A stretch of DNA of 64,000 nucleotides, from contig CBDAOY010000004.1 of the NCBI GenBank assembly GCA_965198225.1, positions 1 through 64,000 on the forward strand, given 5' to 3'. Under the pieces are notes generated by a model. The model made no database searches, was not told where the DNA came from, and worked only from the letters and a program-made list of their open reading frames with translations. This document shows positions 62,150 to 64,000 of this stretch, piece by piece. Numbering within the stretch: the stretch's first letter is position 1; every line of letters begins with the position of its first letter. This stretch comes from Terriglobia bacterium. GTDB taxonomy: Bacteria > Acidobacteriota > Terriglobia > 20CM-2-55-15. The position numbers and the translations under genes were made by a program.

Positions 62150-62430
62150 CTGTAGTGTGCAAGCTTGGAACCGGGCTGAATCACCCGTAAATAAAACTAC
62201 AGACTGGAGTTGAACGCAATCAATCAGTCACATGGCTGTAGTACGCCTAGCCTGACATCTGAATTGACCCGCATTCATGGGGTTTTGGTGAAAATCCAAC
62301 TTACCGCGATGGCGACTTTACAGTCAAGTGGATCGAAACAGAGTGGCGTATCGACAGGCTGTTGGAACCTCGAACAGCCGGATTCATGGTACCGGCACCA
62401 ATTGCTTCAGTTCTTCAAACCAGTTCAGGA
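62150..62430 (-). repeat. Kinase-junction repeat copy A (gene end + spacer + about 12-codon kinase stub IQPGSKLAHY)
   Basis: Aligns with 60148-60436, with 26780-26888 + 29350-29467, and partly (inverted) with 4337-4381. Confidence 0.88.
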
Positions 62431-64000
62431 CGACGTTGACTTGGGGCGGTGCAGATTCCGTGGTTTCGGTTTGGTCCGCAGGTATGACGACCACGAATCG
62501 TTCCCCGTCGGGCATGATGTCATAGCCTCGGAAGGTGCCGAATACCCCCTCAGCAGGAAGCGCCTGTTCATTTGTGAATGTGAAGCCACGGTCGGTTGCG
62601 ATGTCCACGCTAAAGAGTGTCGCACCTGTGTTGCCCCCAAACGTAAAGGCGCGGCGGTAGAACATTTCCGTTCCGTCACGGGACCACATAGGGAACGCTG
62701 ATGCCACTCGCGTGACCTGAATCCTCGGAAGGCCCGCTTGTGACAACGACTTAACGTAAATCTGATTGGCACCTGATTCCTGAGAAGAGTAGGCCAGCCA
62801 TTCCCCGTCCGGTGAAAACACAGGATCAGATTGGATAGACCCCGGTACGTCATAGAATAGCTCCGGCGTAGACCCCGTCTCCGAGGACACCGTCCATATG
62901 CTCCTACCTCGAACTTGCCCACTACTCGTAAAGGCAAGAGTTTGCCCATTCGGTGACCAGGAACTGGGCCAGACTCCGCTTACGTCCTCCACCGTTAGAA
63001 GTTTCTCGGCGGCTCCGCTCAAGTCTGCGGGTTGTGAGTAAATACCCAGCGTTCCTCCGATGTCTGAAGAGAAAGTGACACGTTCACTATCGGGCGTCCA
63101 GACAGGTCGCTGGTTGCTACCGTCCTGCGTCAACCGCTGGATCTGCGTGTCGCCCGCCAGGTCGTAGACCCATATTTGGTTTGTTCCGTCGTCTTCCTGC
63201 GTCTGGACCGCAAGCCGCGAGCCATCCGGCGAGATACGCGGACTGAAATACTGGGCGGGCGGTACGCTGAGGGGTTCCACGTCGCCGTTACGGTGTGCCA
63301 ATCCGAGAATGCGGCTGACGGCAGGGGTGTCATCAGCCGTGAACACCAGGATGCCGTCTTCTGAAATATCAAAGTTCGCGGCTCCCGTCCTCTTCGCCGC
63401 CACGCTCTGCTGAGCGGGCATTGGATCTGAAGTGACCTCGAGACTCTCTGCATCGAAACCGACTGCCCACAGATCATTGCCGATCACGTAGACGACGTGC
63501 CCGCTGTTGGCATAGCGTGGATTACTGCCGACGGGTGCGACCTCAGACTCAACTCCCGACGCGAAGTCGAGCACGCGTATCTCGGAGGTCTCACCGGAGC
63601 CTTGCCTCGCAGTGAAAAGAACTCCCCGACCATTCGGCAGAAACTCGGGCCACCAGTGGGTCATGCTCCCCTCTGGTTCCGTGAGTGGTCTTGGTTCACC
63701 CCCGGCCTCAGACACTTGCATTAGCCCACCGCCGCCCGTGGCGTATACGATCGTTCCATCCGGACCCCAGCTCGCACCGCGCAGAACTCCACCAAGATCA
63801 ACGATCGTTGACGAAGGCCCGCCCTGGATGGACACCCAGCGAAGCGTATTGTCGCTGTTGACGCCGAACCCCACGCGTGATCCGTCGGGTGAAAAGAACG
63901 GATTCGTTGTCTCTCTCAGATCGAGAAGTTGAGAACTATTGAGCAGGTCCAGACGCCGCATGTACAAGAGGCGACTCCCGTCGTCGTCGTTCAACGTGTA
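62384..64000 (-). CDS. C-terminal TolB-like propeller of a kinase-TolB protein (5' part outside the window)
   Basis: PFFSPDG, WGPDG, WSPNG repeats; ends VNVVLNWFEELKQLVPVP*. Confidence 0.88.
   Translation of the reverse strand, partial: YTLNDDDGSRLLYMRRLDLLNSSQLLDLRETTNPFFSPDGSRVGFGVNSDNTLRWVSIQGGPSSTIVDLGGVLRGASWGPDGTIVYATGGGGLMQVSEAGGEPRPLTEPEGSMTHWWPEFLPNGRGVLFTARQGSGETSEIRVLDFASGVESEVAPVGSNPRYANSGHVVYVIGNDLWAVGFDAESLEVTSDPMPAQQSVAAKRTGAANFDISEDGILVFTADDTPAVSRILGLAHRNGDVEPLSVPPAQYFSPRISPDGSRLAVQTQEDDGTNQIWVYDLAGDTQIQRLTQDGSNQRPVWTPDSERVTFSSDIGGTLGIYSQPADLSGAAEKLLTVEDVSGVWPSSWSPNGQTLAFTSSGQVRGRSIWTVSSETGSTPELFYDVPGSIQSDPVFSPDGEWLAYSSQESGANQIYVKSLSQAGLPRIQVTRVASAFPMWSRDGTEMFYRRAFTFGGNTGATLFSVDIATDRGFTFTNEQALPAEGVFGTFRGYDIMPDGERFVVVIPADQTETTESAPPQVNVVLNWFEELKQLVPVP

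Overview
GC-rich bacterial DNA. The gene content (Hanks kinase-TolB propeller fusions, DUF1592/DUF1552/ankyrin triad, VPS10-like proteins, TIGR02999-type ECF sigma) suggests Acidobacteria; this is an inference. There are no rRNA/tRNA genes or CRISPR arrays. The window is a mosaic of mostly single-gene units (secreted hydrolases, oxidoreductases, two toxin-antitoxin pairs) separated by short gene remnants and mobile-element pieces. Four structures stand out. (1) A recurring ~250-bp 'kinase junction' repeat (3' end of a kinase-TolB gene + conserved spacer + 5' stub of the next kinase gene) brackets unrelated cargo genes like a cassette array; one copy is split by a tyrosine recombinase + IS91-type transposase element. 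(2) Three copies of an IS91/ISCR-like end alternate with a membrane TIR gene and a VKOR-thioredoxin gene. (3) A three-gene operon encodes two paralogous QueG/RdhA-like cobalamin Fe-S proteins with an unusual Cys spacing plus a small HTH protein. (4) A CTAG-ended MITE family sits next to an intact IS1182 element. All functional calls are from motif recognition by eye; no searches were run.
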